The notes beneath the pieces are model-generated. The model did no database searches. It was not told the DNA's origin and saw only the letters and a list, made by a program, of their open reading frames with translations. Source: Podarcis filfolensis (taxonomy: Eukaryota). From it: a stretch of 64,000 bases of DNA. Shown here in pieces: positions 11,769-25,034 of the stretch. The DNA is taken from NCBI GenBank assembly GCA_964270895.1, contig OZ185439.1. The stretch is one strand, 5' to 3'. The position numbers and the translations under genes are program-made. Numbering within the stretch: the first letter of the stretch is position 1; every line of letters begins with the position of its first letter.

Positions 11769-12377
11769 ACTGTAAAATAAGATTGTGGTTGATGAATGCC
11801 ATACACGTAACACCCTCTTCTCAATCAACAAAGCATATGATAATGTCTTCTGACTGGTGTGTGCTGTCTATCCATCTACCCTACAACTACATTCTATGGA
11901 GATAGTACTTGAAGCATGATCTTGTGTGGCACAAGTAAGGCCTAGATGCCTTCCTCACTGTCTCTCTCTCTCTCCTTTTTTCTCTGGCACACATTGCTAT
12001 CTCTTGCTTTCCTAATTTTTTCATAGGCTGACATTGGAAGGTTTTTGCAAATGCAAGCACAATTCATACAAGATTGCTTTCTGCACCTGGACAAGAACAC
12101 ACACATGGGATTCTCTTAGTTTCTTCTCTGCTCACTCTTTCTTTCTTTGGCATCAAGGTACCCTTAAAGGCACCCCAAAAGCTTTTAAAAAAATAAAAAT
12201 AAAAATATTCTACTCTCTGTCACAGTCAAGAAAAAGGATTATGAGTAATGTTAACACAAGAGACCAAATGTTTTCATACTAAACCAACTGCACAGCAAGG
12301 ATACATTTGTGATCTTGGTTCAGAATGAGAAGCTAAGCAGTAATAATGGAAATGGACTTGGCTATGGCATTTAGAAA

Positions 12378-12743
12378 GGACGCGGGTGGCGCTGTGGGTA
12401 AAACCTCAGCGCCTAGGACTTGCCGATTGTATGGTCGGCGGTTTGAATCCCCGCGGCAGGGTGAGCTCCCGTCTTTCGGTCCCAGCTCCTGCCCACCTAG
12501 CAGTTCGAAAGCACCCCTAAGTGCAAGTAGATAAATAGGTACCGCTTTATAGCGGGAAGGTAAACGGCAGTTCCGTGTGCTGCGCTGGTGCTGGTCCGCC
12601 AGAGCAGCTTCGTCATGCTGGCCACGTGACCCGGAAGTGTCTGCGGACAGCGCTGGCCCCCGGCCTCTTAAGTGAGATGAGCGCACAACCCTAGAGTCGG
12701 ACACGACTGGCCCGTGCGGGCAAGGGTACCTTAACCTTTACCT
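12378..12743 (+). mobile_element. Sauria SINE (Squam1), full length
   Basis: GGACGCGGGTGGCGCTGTGGG head, B box GGTTTGAATCC, body GTGCAAGTAGATAAATAGGTACC, BovB-like GAGTCGGACACGACTG, (ACCTTT)n-type tail. Confidence 0.9.
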
Positions 12744-14425
12744 AGATGGTTCTGTAAGTCCTGTTTATTCACAAATAATGCTGACTCTTCTCAGGTGCAT
12801 GTATGATTATAACAAAGTAAATCCATTAGGATTGTTCTTTCGGCAGTTTTGTCATTTTGGACTTCTTGGTTCCAGGTTGGTTTCAAAATTGGGTGGCAAA
12901 TTGCCTCTAGCAACTTACGTGGAATAAAATATTTTCAGATGCAGACATTTTCCTCACCTCTGACCCTAAAGTTGTCTATTTATGGGGCAGGGGAGGCAAA
13001 TTGCATCGGCAACCTATTTGAATGTAGCATTCCCACGTTTCCCCCTTATGGGATGGTTTGTAAAAGGTATTGCATAAGCATGAATGATGTACTGGAGTCA
13101 ATCTTGACTTTAGTTCTGAGTGTGATTGCTTTACCTTTTCCCCCTCTTAAGCCAGCCACTAGAGGGACATCCATCTACCAGTAAACAGGCTGAACATACC
13201 CAAATCTATACAGTAGAGGGCATAGGAGCTCTTCCATACAGGCCAATTTTTTAAAAATAAAAAAATGCCTAAATCACTGTCACATCAAAGATACTGGAGG
13301 GAGAAAGATGTGGAAAAGTATGCCCAAAAAGCCTGCCAGTGTAGAAATAATTAAATGTATTCCTTTCCCTTTTTTTAAGGTTAACAGTTAAGTCCTCTTT
13401 GGCACCAGAGCAAGTTGACTTTTTATGTAGTGAAATGTTCATTCATTATGCCTTTTCTTACTGTTAGGCTTCAGTTTTTCATTAGGACACAGCTGGCTTT
13501 TTTTTCTTCCAGGGTTGGGAAGGGGAGAGACGAAGTGTGCTCCCCACCTCCACCTCTCACATAGGAAGCTGGTTTAAACTGAGATGGTCCATTACTCTGT
13601 CTATCTCAGTACTTCCTTTCCTTCCCAGCCCTACCTGCAGGTGCCAGTGATTATATCTGCGTGCAAAGCATGTGCTCAACAGACCACTAAGCTAGAACCT
13701 TGTATAAGGCAATTGCATAAACTTACAAATTTTCTGAAGACCATCTGGTCCAACTTGCTTTCACCCAGAAGCAAAGTCTTCTGTTATCAATTATTCCTAT
13801 AAGGTTAATTCATGTCTAGTTGACTTAGCAGTAGATGTAGGCTTATCTGCTCTTGGTGGTAACAAATCCTGTTAACTGAATAGCCATCTCTTCAAAAACG
13901 TGATTTGTTAATAAATGGAAAATACAATAAAAGAGTAGACTACAGGCTGGTTGGATGGATTGTGGTCCCCACATCTCACTCCTGGAGGTCAAATTTTAAG
14001 GAAGTAGGGAAGGAAGGAAGATGCAAATTCACTTGTCAGGAGCAGAATAAACCTCATTTAAATACATTAAATACATTTCATTTTGCTAGCTCTTGGAGAA
14101 TAGGGTGACCCCTGAAAGTACAGAAGACTTTTGACTGTAACTATTCAATATATAGGGTTGCATGTAGACACACCTTGAAAAGAAATCCAATCCAGTAGAA
14201 GCTTTCAGTGGAAAAAGGAGAGAAGGTAATTTTCACCAGTTTTTATATGCACACAAACACTCCCCCACATCACTTCCCTTTTTGTTTCAGAAGATCCTCC
14301 AACTCTCTTTTTAGGGAGGTGCCACGCATAGAAAGAAGGATGGAAATCACTTCTCTCCTTGCAGGAGAGTGTCCCACGAATAGAATTAGATCCATCCTAC
14401 AGTCAAACCAGATATGGGTCATTTA

Positions 14426-15017
14426 CTGTATTTTTCGCCCCATAGGACGGACCTAGTTTTTTCGGGGGGGGGGGGGATAAAGAAAAAAATATTTTCCCAC
14501 CAGGCGGGGGCTGGCGCGGGGGAAGCCCGAGCTTCCCCCGACCCCCGCCCCCAGAACAGGCTGCTGCCTGCAAGCCTTGTGAGCCCGGCGGGACCTCCTG
14601 CCGGGCGCGGGAGGCTTGCGGACACCTTCCCGAAGCACAGGGCGTCCTCTGGAGGGCACCCCGTGCTTCGGGATGCAGGCTGCCGCCCCAAGCCTCGTGA
14701 GCCCGGCAGGACCTCCCGTCGGGCGCGGGAGGCTTGCGGACACCTTGCCGAAGCACGGGGCGTCCTCCGGAGGGCGCCCCGTGCTCCGGTCTGCAGGCTG
14801 CTGTCTGCAAGCCTTGCGAGCCCGCGGGAACTCCCCCGGGCTCGCAAGGCTTGCGGATAGCTTCCTGAAGCCTGGAGAGCGAGAGGGGTCGGTGCGCACC
14901 GATGCCTCTGGCTCTCCAGGCTTCAGCGAAATCCTGCATTCGCCCCATAGGACGCACACACATTTCCCCTTCATTTTTGGAGGGGGAAAAGTGCGTCCTA
15001 TAGGGCGAAAAATACGG
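14426..15017. mobile_element. Non-autonomous Tc1/mariner (Tc2/pogo-like) element with GC-rich internal hairpin repeats
   Basis: TIRs CTGTATTTTTCGCCCCATAGGACG / CGTCCTATAGGGCGAAAAATACGG, TA TSD at 14424-14425 and 15018-15019. Confidence 0.85.
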
Positions 15018-15293
15018 TATATATTTTTATCCCACATCTTTAACATCAGCTAGAACAAAAGAGTGATTCAGAACACAACTGATGATGGGCTCACCTACAT
15101 TTCCTGATTGTACTGCTACCATTACTTGTTTTTTTAATCTATGAAGCCTTTAAAAAGAAAGGTTAAAATATACATATCAACTGTTTTGATAAAGAGCTAG
15201 ATTCAATACTTTCCTACCAAACAAGTGACTTAGCATTTTAACTTGATTTATCTTGCAGCTGTATCATTGCATGCCCTATAAATGGTCCTTTCC

Positions 15294-15326
<33 letters not shown>

Positions 15327-15354
15327 ATCTATCATCTATCTATCTATCTATCTA
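15294..15354. repeat. (TATC)n / GATA microsatellite
   Basis: Tandem TATC with two interruptions. Confidence 0.98.
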
Positions 15355-16013
15355 TTTATTTTCCACCTATTGTTTGCTTGCTTTCTTTTTTAAAAAATCA
15401 TTTCATTTTTGCACTAAAGCACTACTGTAGGAATAAAACAAAAATAATAAAGCAAACACAATTCACATTTGGAGAGGGCCAGATCTTGCTATGGCTGGGA
15501 CTGTGATGTGGACTGTCCATGTTTGCCTTTGCAAGGGGGGGAAATATTCTAATGGGAAATATAGCACTTACCTAAAGAGCTATGCAGAACTTCAGTGATA
15601 GACCCCACTTTAACAGCTGCCTGCATTTGGACATCAAAACAGAACTCAAGGGTACTATTGTGAAATCGGAAGGTAGTTGGGTGAGGTGCTGAGAACCCTT
15701 TTCAGGCCTACCGGCTTGGCCCTGGGACCGTGGGTGCCTGGGGCCACACACACCACATGCACATATGCATCTGACATCAGCATGCCCTGCAGCATGTGTG
15801 CGTGATGTCAGCACACCCTGCAGTGTCAGGTGCGCATGTCAGCAGGCGTGCTGATGTCACATGTGCCAGCCCCCATGACATGTATGGCCCTGACTCAAAA
15901 AAATGTGGGTGCTCGGCCCCTTCATGGAGAACATTGGGGCACCCAGGGCCCCCCTTACCTGGCTCCTATGACTCTCCTTGAAACTCCAGCCCACCTACCC
16001 TGAATTACCATTC

Positions 16014-16638
16014 CATACCCTCCAACATTCCTCAGATGAAAAGAGGGATATTTCTCACTCGCCCACAACGGACCCTCCTCAACCCTCCCCATTCCCTCCC
16101 CTCCAAGCATTTTCTATCAGAAGAAGGGCGAATGCCACCACCACGATACCAACAGGACACACTCGTTCCACTGTCCTGAGAAAAGCCCTTAATTCTGGTT
16201 TTATTTTATTCTTTGTTAGATTTACAAAAAAGAAAAACGCATTTCAATAAGAAGGGGGGAAGATTAGACATGGACATAAAAAGTATTTTTTTAAAATAAA
16301 ATAAAATAAAAGGTTCTTTGCACTCAGCTCCCTCTTTAATCTCAAGGTGGCCCTGCCATCTGCCTGCCCCATCATGTGGGGCTGGGCCTCGGCTGTGGCA
16401 GCTTCTCCTCACCCACGAGCTGCCCAAAGGAGGAAACCAGCAACAGCAGCCATGGAGAGGCAACAGGATGCTCTCACTGTTGTTGCTCAGGACAAGCGCT
16501 GGCTCATCCTCCACCCCAGGTTCAGTGGCAGCAGCACTGGCAGGGGAAATAGGGACATGCCAGGATCAAATTAGAAGCCGGGATGGCTTTCATAATTCTG
16601 GGACTGTCCCTGGAATATCGGGACACTTGGAGGGTATG
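16014..16638. mobile_element. Non-autonomous DNA transposon (hAT-like)
   Basis: 12-bp TIR CATACCCTCCAA / TTGGAGGGTATG; imperfect flanking duplication CCATTC / CCATTT. Confidence 0.6.
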
Positions 16639-18952
16639 CCATTTTCAGGTGTCCCTGGAGAAGAGAGACTGGCTATCAGACGCCTAATGTGCCCTCAAGT
16701 TGCATTGAAGAGAACCGTGTCCCATGAAGAAGCAGCTTCATCAGATGCTCCCCTCTGACAACTATCTTGCTGCTTAGGTCTACATGGGCTTGACCGAGCA
16801 AAGCCCTTGTAACATGGCATCCTTTCAACACACAACAAATTTAGGAACTGTTGTAACATCTCCAGCACCACTGCAAAGTTCAAACCACGGGTCTATGAGG
16901 GAAACTATTGCCCTCCAGATGTCACTAGACTCCAATTCCCATCACTCCTGGCCTTGCTGGCTAGTGTTGATGGGCGCTTGAATCCAACGACATCTGGAAG
17001 GCTGCAGGATCCACACCGATTGTCAATGCGTGCTTTGAAACTCACAGGGGAGAACGATGTGTCTACAAGGCAATTTGGAGCAGAGAAATGGCTGAAGGAC
17101 AAGTAAAACAAAAAATGAAAACCCTCTCCTACCACTTCACTGCTTGAAATCTCCCCCTTGCTATTTTTTTTTTTAAATGGTGCTCAGCTCCATTAAACAT
17201 GTTTATGGAGTTAGCCACCAAGTAAGTATCCTTTAATCCTCTTCCAAACTGTGTATATTGTGCCCATTTCTGTCTATATGCTGTGGGACAGCCATGAGTT
17301 ACCTTTGGGGAGGAAAGGAAGCATCAAGTCTTCCATGTTTATCTGAGTCCAGTCTTCCATTAGTGTTCTAGAACATTTCCTTTCCAGAGCTAAATTTCTC
17401 AGGGCTATTGCTTCATATTCAGGATAGAGTTAATTAATACAGACTAAGGCCTAATTTTGCAGTGCTTCTGGTTTTCCCCTCCTCTCTCCTTTTAAAAGGT
17501 ACCCCATAATAATTTCTGAACAGATAATGAAAGCCTTGCCTGTCTTCTAAACTGGTTGATTTATGTGCTGTTTGCGGTTTTTGAGAACACAAAACAATTA
17601 ATTTATGTGTGAAAAGAACAGTGAATTAATCCTACTGAGCCCTGGAGCCTTTAAAGACCTGCATCGTATGTTGAGCTCGTTTAAAACTTGCATAAGAAAT
17701 TAATGTAGACTCAAGCCCTTTCATTTGAAAAGTGCGGCTATAGTAGATGTCCCTGAGATATCTGCAGGATCATTATTCAGAAAGGTTAAGGGGACTTTAT
17801 TATTATTTTTTGCCATATTCAGTATGTATTTTGCAGTAACAGCTCAACATGGTGCATTTCAACTTATAAAGAGAGGTTTTTTGTGTGTTTTTTTAAAGAA
17901 AGACAGAAAGAAAAAAGGAAGAAAGAAATGGGAGAGCTTTTTATTCACCTTCCACTTAATTTCCTTGCTGCCATGCCAGTCCTGGCTTAATGAATGTAAT
18001 TGCTACCTTTGATGAAAATACTATTATCAAGATCACACATTACATTGGAAAACAGTTTTTCTTTAAACACAGCTACTGAGGTCTCTAATTATGCATGTAA
18101 CAAGTGGCTCGCCAACAAAAGGCGATGTTGTCTACAATTGCTAGGAATTGGAGCAAGGCAAATTTGAACAAAGGACAGATTAGATGTGCTCCAAGCACTA
18201 CAAAGCCCATTCCCCTGATTAATTTCCTGCAAAAACTAAAACAATTCTCTCTTTAAAAAGAAACTAACCCTCAGCTTCAAAATGATCCATATGCCGTTTG
18301 TGTCAATCTATAGGATGATAATGGTGGCAGATTTTAGTCCATCTAATAGTTAATAATTTAAAAGAGGAAAGCTCTTTTATAAACTTCTCTTTTCATATGT
18401 AAATAAGCACTACAAGCTCTTCAGGACTACCGAACAAAGAAAACCTGACTTCTCTGTAGAAATCAGTAGTGAGGGAGCACCTTCAATATCTCAAAATCTG
18501 TATTTCTGTGCATGAAATCCAATTATTTTATCAATTTATTCTCAAATATATATTTCCTACAAAGACATCAATGTGCATAGAGTACTTTCTAAAATTATTC
18601 TACTGGTCTCTCAAGAGTGTCACATTTCAAAAGTAAACCTCTTTTAGCATAACTTTGGAAAGCATATTGATTCATTCTACTTCTCAGTTAGGATTAGAGA
18701 AAACCAAAATCTGAAGTTGTTATTCATTTTTTTAAAAAATTATCCTGTAGTGATGCAAAGGAAAGATACCACACTGCAAAGTAGTCAGTGCAACTAGCAG
18801 TAAGTAACAGGTTAAGTGCATTGACCAAGTTAATTTTGTTATTGTCATTAAACCATGTGTTTTAAAACTGCCAATCAGAGAGCCAACATGCTGGGGCTAA
18901 TGGCGGTTGTAGCCTGTCCAGCAACATTCAAAAGGCACCATGACAGTTGCCC

Positions 18953-19060
18953 CTAATGTAGTGCTTTGACTGTTGGACTTCGACTAGAAAGAGACCCAAG
19001 TTAAAATCACCATTCAGCCATGAAACCCAGTGGGTGATTTTGGGGCCAGTCACTATCTTT
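18953..19060 (+). mobile_element. Degenerate MIR/Squam3-like SINE head
   Basis: Degenerate A/B boxes followed by CAGCCATGAAACCCAGTGGGTGATTTTGGGGCCAGTCAC. Confidence 0.55.
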
Positions 19061-19886
19061 GAGGACCTGATGACACATGACATTAATGATCTTAGCAAAC
19101 AGGGAAAATATAAGAAGCTGTCTTATCCATTGGCCCATTGGTGACAATGGCTTTCTAATCCTTCAGCAGTGCTCTCTTCCAGCTGTTTGTGGAGATGGCG
19201 GTGATTGAACCAACATACTTCCATCACGATGCAGCACAAATCCAGGTTGCCATCATCTGGGTCCGCAAGTTATGTGACCCACACAAGATCGCGGCCTCCC
19301 CAAAAGTGCTTTTTTCTAGCTTAAACCTCCCCTCACTGTGCCCTGTGTTCCTGTAGACAAGTGCCGCCCCATCCAGTGTTAAGCTACCATGTGAGATTTA
19401 ATCATATTATTTGTTAAATGTAGTTAACTATTTCTTTAATAAGTGCTTATCCGAAAAAAATAGTCTTCTGAAACAGCACAAAATAGCCCCCACTTCACAG
19501 AGGATGAACTCACAATAGCCAGCAAAAACCTTGGAATCAGTGCTGTCCAAATACTCAGGAACATAACAATGTTTTCACTCAGCAACAGAAGGATGACAAA
19601 GTTGGCACCAGGCACGCTTCCCTGGGGAGCAATTGACCGGGGGTGGTGGCCTGTTTTTCAGTGACACCCTCCAAAATATCTTAGAGGGGACACACAGAGA
19701 AGAGCCTCAGATGTAATGTTGGCAGAGTGTAGATATATACTGTATTTGTATGGGTAGAGATGGTCCACAGTATTTCATGCAAGGCTTCACAGGTCAAAAC
19801 CAGCCGTTCGAATTGGGCTCAGAAACAAACTGGCAGCTGGTGCAAGCTAGCACTCTATGGAGAAATGGTAAGATATAACTAAAATA

Positions 19887-20096
19887 CAGTGGTACCTCGG
19901 GTTACAGACACTTCAGGTTACAGACGCTTCAGGTTACAGACTCCACTAACCCAGAAATAGTACCTCAGGTTAAGAACTTTGCTTCAGGATGAGAACAGAG
20001 GCCCCATTAGCTACAGTGGTGCTTCAGGTTAAGAACAGTTTCAGGTTAAGAACGGACCTCCAGAACGAATTAAGTTCTTAACCCGAGGTACCACTG
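19887..20096 (+). mobile_element. Tc1/mariner MITE (GGGTTAAGAAC subfamily)
   Basis: TIRs CAGTGGTACCTCGGGTT / AACCCGAGGTACCACTG; TA on the left. Confidence 0.9.
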
Positions 20097-20830
20097 TTTA
20101 TAAAGACACACAGTTGTGAGAGAGACTGTATAGACAAATTCATGTATTTATTTTTACCTTTTGCCTAGAAATGTCTCCAGATTAGACACTGCATGTATTT
20201 TTATTCAGACACATTTCTGCTGTAGCATTTCCATGGATATTCCCAGATTTATCCCCAATTCAGCATTTGCTCATAATATTCCCCAAGGTGTGTGTGGTGC
20301 AGTGCAGGTGGCTTTTCATTTTCCTAGTCCTCTCTTTTGCGTCTGATTTCTCAACTGCTGAATGCAGTCACTCAGCCAGAACTTCTTTTGCTCAGCCATA
20401 CACAATAACTATCCTAACCCCAGGGCAAGAGAGAAGAAGACAATGAAGGAAGGTGAGAGGAAGCATTCAGAGTGAAAGCGGGAGAAAACGGCTCTGATGG
20501 CATCATCAAGGTCTGACAGGATGGTGCAATTTTAAAGCACTGCCCTCAACTAGTCTGGGATCAAAGCTGCTCAGATACTGTTTCATAGTCAGTGGCCCTT
20601 TTAGACAACCAGCCTTTGGGTGAGGAAGACAAAAAGGATCTATGCTTTTAAAGAATGGAGGGCAGTGAGTGTTATGCCCTTAGCTGCAGTTAAAAAGCTG
20701 TTAAGATGTCAGAGCGCAGAAGCATCTGCGCCATTTACAAATGGGCATTGTTAATGAGATGATAAGAAGATTCTCTTCACATTGTGAGACTTCACAATGC
20801 AAAGCCATTGTGCTCTGCCTCACCTAGAAA

Positions 20831-21174
20831 TGTAGAGAATCTTAGCACAGATACAAACTATTATGTATTCAGTGGTCTGCGTTTGCCTGAGCTTGAGTCT
20901 GGACTAAGGATTCTGAGCCCCTGTGTTCTGATTCGATACATGATATCCAATCACAGTACATTTCAGGATTTGGGCCTCTGCCGTTGGCCCTTAAACTCTG
21001 AGTCATGATTCGCAGCTTGGAAGTTTAGACGACCAATCACATTGGGAATGGGAGTGGCTCAGGCCTTCAGAAATGTATATAAGCAGTTGCTTTGCCCCTG
21101 TTGTCCAGTTCTGCTAGTTCAATACAGGTTCTTGCTGTTATCACTGTATCTTACCTTGTGGGAACCCACCTACA
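20831..21174 (+). mobile_element. Possible solo LTR
   Basis: TGTAG...CTACA termini, two CCAAT boxes, TATATAA, poly(A)-like AATACA; no TSD found. Confidence 0.35.
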
Positions 21175-22341
21175 CTTCATGAACAATGCAGCATGATACA
21201 GCGCATATTTTCTCAGAAACAGGTTACATGGGAGGCTGGTCATAGCACATTACTATTGTCCCACACAAGCTAAATACCCCCCATATTGCAGAGGCAGGAG
21301 TGGCTCCAACACTCTTTTTACTTCCACCAGGAGGTAAGCCAGGGTTAGGATTCCACCCTAATAAATCATCCTGTTTTTTAAAAAAAAAAACATTTAAAAA
21401 CAAACAAACATAGTCACAGCTATTTTAGCATCATGGTTAATGGCAAAGACTAGAAACAGTTTACTTAAGAAACAAAATAAATACCATTTTAAAAACAAGC
21501 CTTCATCATATGCCTAAGGTCAGTTATAAACCCAGAAAATGTCAGGATCTGGCCAACAATTAAAAGCTAACAAATCTATCATAAAACATAATGTAGCACA
21601 GCTATTAAACAATGTCATGCCACTTCAAAATGCTGTGTGAAAAAATAAATTCTTCTCAAACTTTCCACAGTGGGCCCAAGATTAGGTGAAATGCATCTGG
21701 GTCTTGAGTGAGGGTGTCACAATTACGTTACAGGTAAAAAAGAGACAGTAGTGACATAGTCCCTTTTTTATTTTTTTAAGTAACGTAATAGTATATTACA
21801 AAAACAGAATGTTCTTCAGTGGCTTTCTTAATCAAAAACATGCCATTGTAAAGGGTCAATACTCAACTATAAAAAGCCCAAATTGAGTGAATGGTGTGGA
21901 ATGTGTATTTATATATATTTTTTGTAATTGGTTTTATACTTGTAAACTGCTTATAGCACTTCATCTGAAATCTAGGATGTGAATTCATTGCTTACCTAAG
22001 ATGAGAGGGAAAGGTAGAAGAGCATTACAAAATGGGTTGACACAACCTGGCTTAGCATTCTCCTTTTTCAGATTTATCTTTCTCCTCTTATAGTTATCAC
22101 ATATCACTTCTAAAGGCCTTTCCAGTTTATACTGCAGCAAATGCACAGCTGTTCCTTGTGTGTGGTATGAGAACCAGGTACCCATCCTCAGGAAAGTAGC
22201 TCTATTTCAGAAATCTATTTTCTTTTTCTTTTGTAGTGCTCAAACCATGATACATCATTGCTGGAGTCCAGATAACACAACCAATTCAATGGAGCACTAT
22301 CTAGAAAGCAGAGAAATAAATGTGATGATGATGATGATAAG

Positions 22342-22562
22342 CATCATCATCATCATTATCTGTATACCACCCTTCATCTGAAGATCACAGGGTGGTTCAC
22401 AACATAAAAATACAAAACAAGAACAGAAAATACATAACTAAACCAACCAACAAACCAGTAACATGCCCCTCCCACAAACACAATTCAAGATCTGTAGGTT
22501 GTTTAATCAGCCAAAGGCCTGGTTTATAGAGAAACGCTTTCACCTGGTGCCTAATGCCTGTG
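22342..22562 (-). mobile_element. L2-type LINE 3' end
   Basis: Simple-repeat tail, then TATACCACCCTTCATCTGAAGATCACAGGGTGGTTCACAAC, typical of squamate L2 tails. Confidence 0.65.
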
Positions 22563-22798
22563 AAATTCATGGCAAGTGGCACAAATCTTTCCAGTGCTCA
22601 TATTCTAACACTATCAACCTGCAAAGACAGGATTCATACTGCAAGTGACTGACTAGCTTCAAAGTAAAAACCATGTTCTGATTTTTGCTGCACATATGAC
22701 TACAAATATATGCCGCAGCAAATCCATAGATTTTTGCTTTGAGAGTTAAGCTGGACTTGCTGTTAGGTGAAACTAAGTATGCCATGGAATGAACCATT

Positions 22799-22956
22799 CA
22801 GTGGCGTAGCGTGGGGGGTGCAGGGGGGGCCGGCCGCACCGGGCGCAACATCTGGGGTTAGGGCAAATCCATGGGTTAGGGGGCGCAAATCCACGGGTTA
22901 GGGGGTGCAAATTACTTGCCTTGCCCCGGGTGCTGACAACCCACGCTACGCCACTG
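22799..22956. mobile_element. hAT MITE with internal GGGTTAGGG-containing tandem units (3 units)
   Basis: 17-bp TIR CAGTGGCGTAGCGTGGG; exact 8-bp TSD GAACCATT (22791-22798 and 22957-22964). Confidence 0.92.
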
Positions 22957-23110
22957 GAACCATTCATTTCCAGTGTGAACTGGGGAGAGGGGATAACCAT
23001 AGCTCAGTAATGGTTATTTGGCTTGGGCCAGAGAACATGCCAGACGGCCTCAGACCAATGGGTAGCTGACCCTCCACTTAAAAAAACCTTTTCAAATACT
23101 TATGCTGATG

Positions 23111-23303
23111 AACATAGAACACAGAAAACTGCCTTATACTGAATCAGACCATTGGTTCATCTAATCCAATAGTGGCTACAAAGACTTGTGCTCTAAAGGG
23201 TTTCGGATAAGAAGACCTTCTTCCTCAATGTTACCTGGAGATGCTTAGGACTGAACCTGGGGCCAGCTGCATGGAAGAATGTTTGACTACTGAGTCACAT
23301 CCC
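23111..23303 (-). mobile_element. tRNA-derived SINE with L2-like tail (Squam2-like)
   Basis: Reverse strand reads GGGATGTGACTCAGTAG...CCAGGTTCAGTCC...CCAATGGTCTGATTCAGTATAAGGCAG...TTCTATGTT. Confidence 0.65.
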
Positions 23304-24822
23304 TTTCCAAACAAGTTGCTATTCTTTCTCCAAGATTACCTGTTGGAGAAATAATGGAGAAGATGGTCATTTTTCATCACACCTTTCAGGATGCCAAAAT
23401 TTCAGAAGCTTACCAGGTTCACTGTCTTACAATTACCAGGGAGAATTGTTAAGCGGAAATGTGTTTGATGTGTAGGACGAGGTAAGTTTGAATATACAAG
23501 CATAGACTAAGGAGAAGATACTAGTCATGTAATGTCAACACATTTTGTAATGTTCCACCACCCTTTCACCCCTCCTCCTTCTCTAATCAATGAATTCACG
23601 CCATGAATTTCAAGCTAAGTGCCTCTATTCCCAAGTATTCTCCACAATGTAGGGTTTTTATAGTTGAGTATTGACCTGCTCCTTCACAACGGCATGTCTT
23701 TGATTAATTCTGAGTACATGAAAGCCACTGAAGGACCTTCTGTTTTTATGATCAACAAATACTTCAAAATCATTACAACTCTGCTGTCTCCTTAGCTTTC
23801 AACTGTGTGGCAAAGTAGGCCAACATCTACAACTACAGAGCAATGGGAGTAGTGGGAACAAGCCTGCTTGGTTAAATTATGACACAGACTCGGATGTTGC
23901 TCCATGTCTCCAGACTCATCACTGTTGGTAACGGTAAAACTCAAAAACATGACACCATAGTGTTAATTGTAATAGTGTGCATACCTTTCTACTTACTACT
24001 TCATGGATGGGAAACCTCAGGCCTGGGGGACCAAATAGTGTCCTCTGGGCCTCTCCATCTGGACGTCAGGACTCTCTCCAAGCCCTCCCCAGACACAACC
24101 TTCTCCTCAGGCCATACTCCTCACCAGCTTTGCTTGGCATCTTCCTTGAGTGTTTATGCTTGGCTATAATATGTCTTTGGCCTCTGTTAGTGCAAATTGC
24201 TTACCTGGACAGAGGACAGAGAGGTGTTTGAAGAAACAAGCCTGCTGTAATTTTTTTTTTAATTAGCTTTAGTTTCTCCACCCACTTTTGCTTCTGGCTA
24301 CGGCCACCAGTGACATCCCTCCAACCCTGAGAAGGTTGGCTAAAATGAATTCTGGTCCTCACGCTTAAAAAAAACCCCCTCCTCATCAGTGTATTGTTCA
24401 TATATTTGCAAAACGATGGTGGTGTTAGATGGCCGATTCAAAGCTCTGTGTTTGGGATAATAATGAACCCTTTCAATAATCGTAAATACAGATTGTGGCA
24501 AGGAAACCAGTATCCCAAGAATGAAATGATGTGCTTCTTACTAAACTTCAAAGCAGACTGGATTAGCTCTGTATGCCTTTGCTTGCAGGTATTGATTGTT
24601 TATTTCACAGTCCTCGGTGGGGGTGGGGGTGAGAGATGTATTATAAGGAAGCAAAGAAAAGGTAGATCAGGTTTAAACCCTTATCACTAAAATGAGCCTC
24701 CTTCTGCATTCAAAAAGAGGCCCCCCTAACCAGACATCGTAATAGGAACGGCTCCAGTTCTCAGTGTCATAAATTTGAGTGTGTAGAAAGAAGACTTATT
24801 GGTGAATTTAGCAGTATTTTTC

Positions 24823-25034
24823 NNNNNNNNNNNNNNNNNNNNNNNNNNNNNNNNNNNNNNNNNNNNNNNNNNNNNNNNNNNNNNNNNNNNNNNNNNNNNN
24901 NNNNNNNNNNNNNNNNNNNNNNNNNNNNNNNNNNNNNNNNNNNNNNNNNNNNNNNNNNNNNNNNNNNNNNNNNNNNNNNNNNNNNNNNNNNNNNNNNNNN
25001 NNNNNNNNNNNNNNNNNNNNNNNNNNNNNNNNNN
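24823..25034. other. Assembly gap (212 N)
   Basis: Run of N. Confidence 1.

Noticed and set aside
14403-15053. Several overlapping 140-197 aa Pro/Arg/Gly/Ala-rich ORFs and a CpG-island-like composition
   Set aside because: They coincide with a TIR-bounded GC-rich MITE; stop-poor composition explains the ORFs, with no domain similarity or promoter context
22850-22910. Interstitial telomeric sequence or fusion scar
   Set aside because: Only single TTAGGG hexamers spaced by other sequence within a TSD-flanked MITE, not a (TTAGGG)n array
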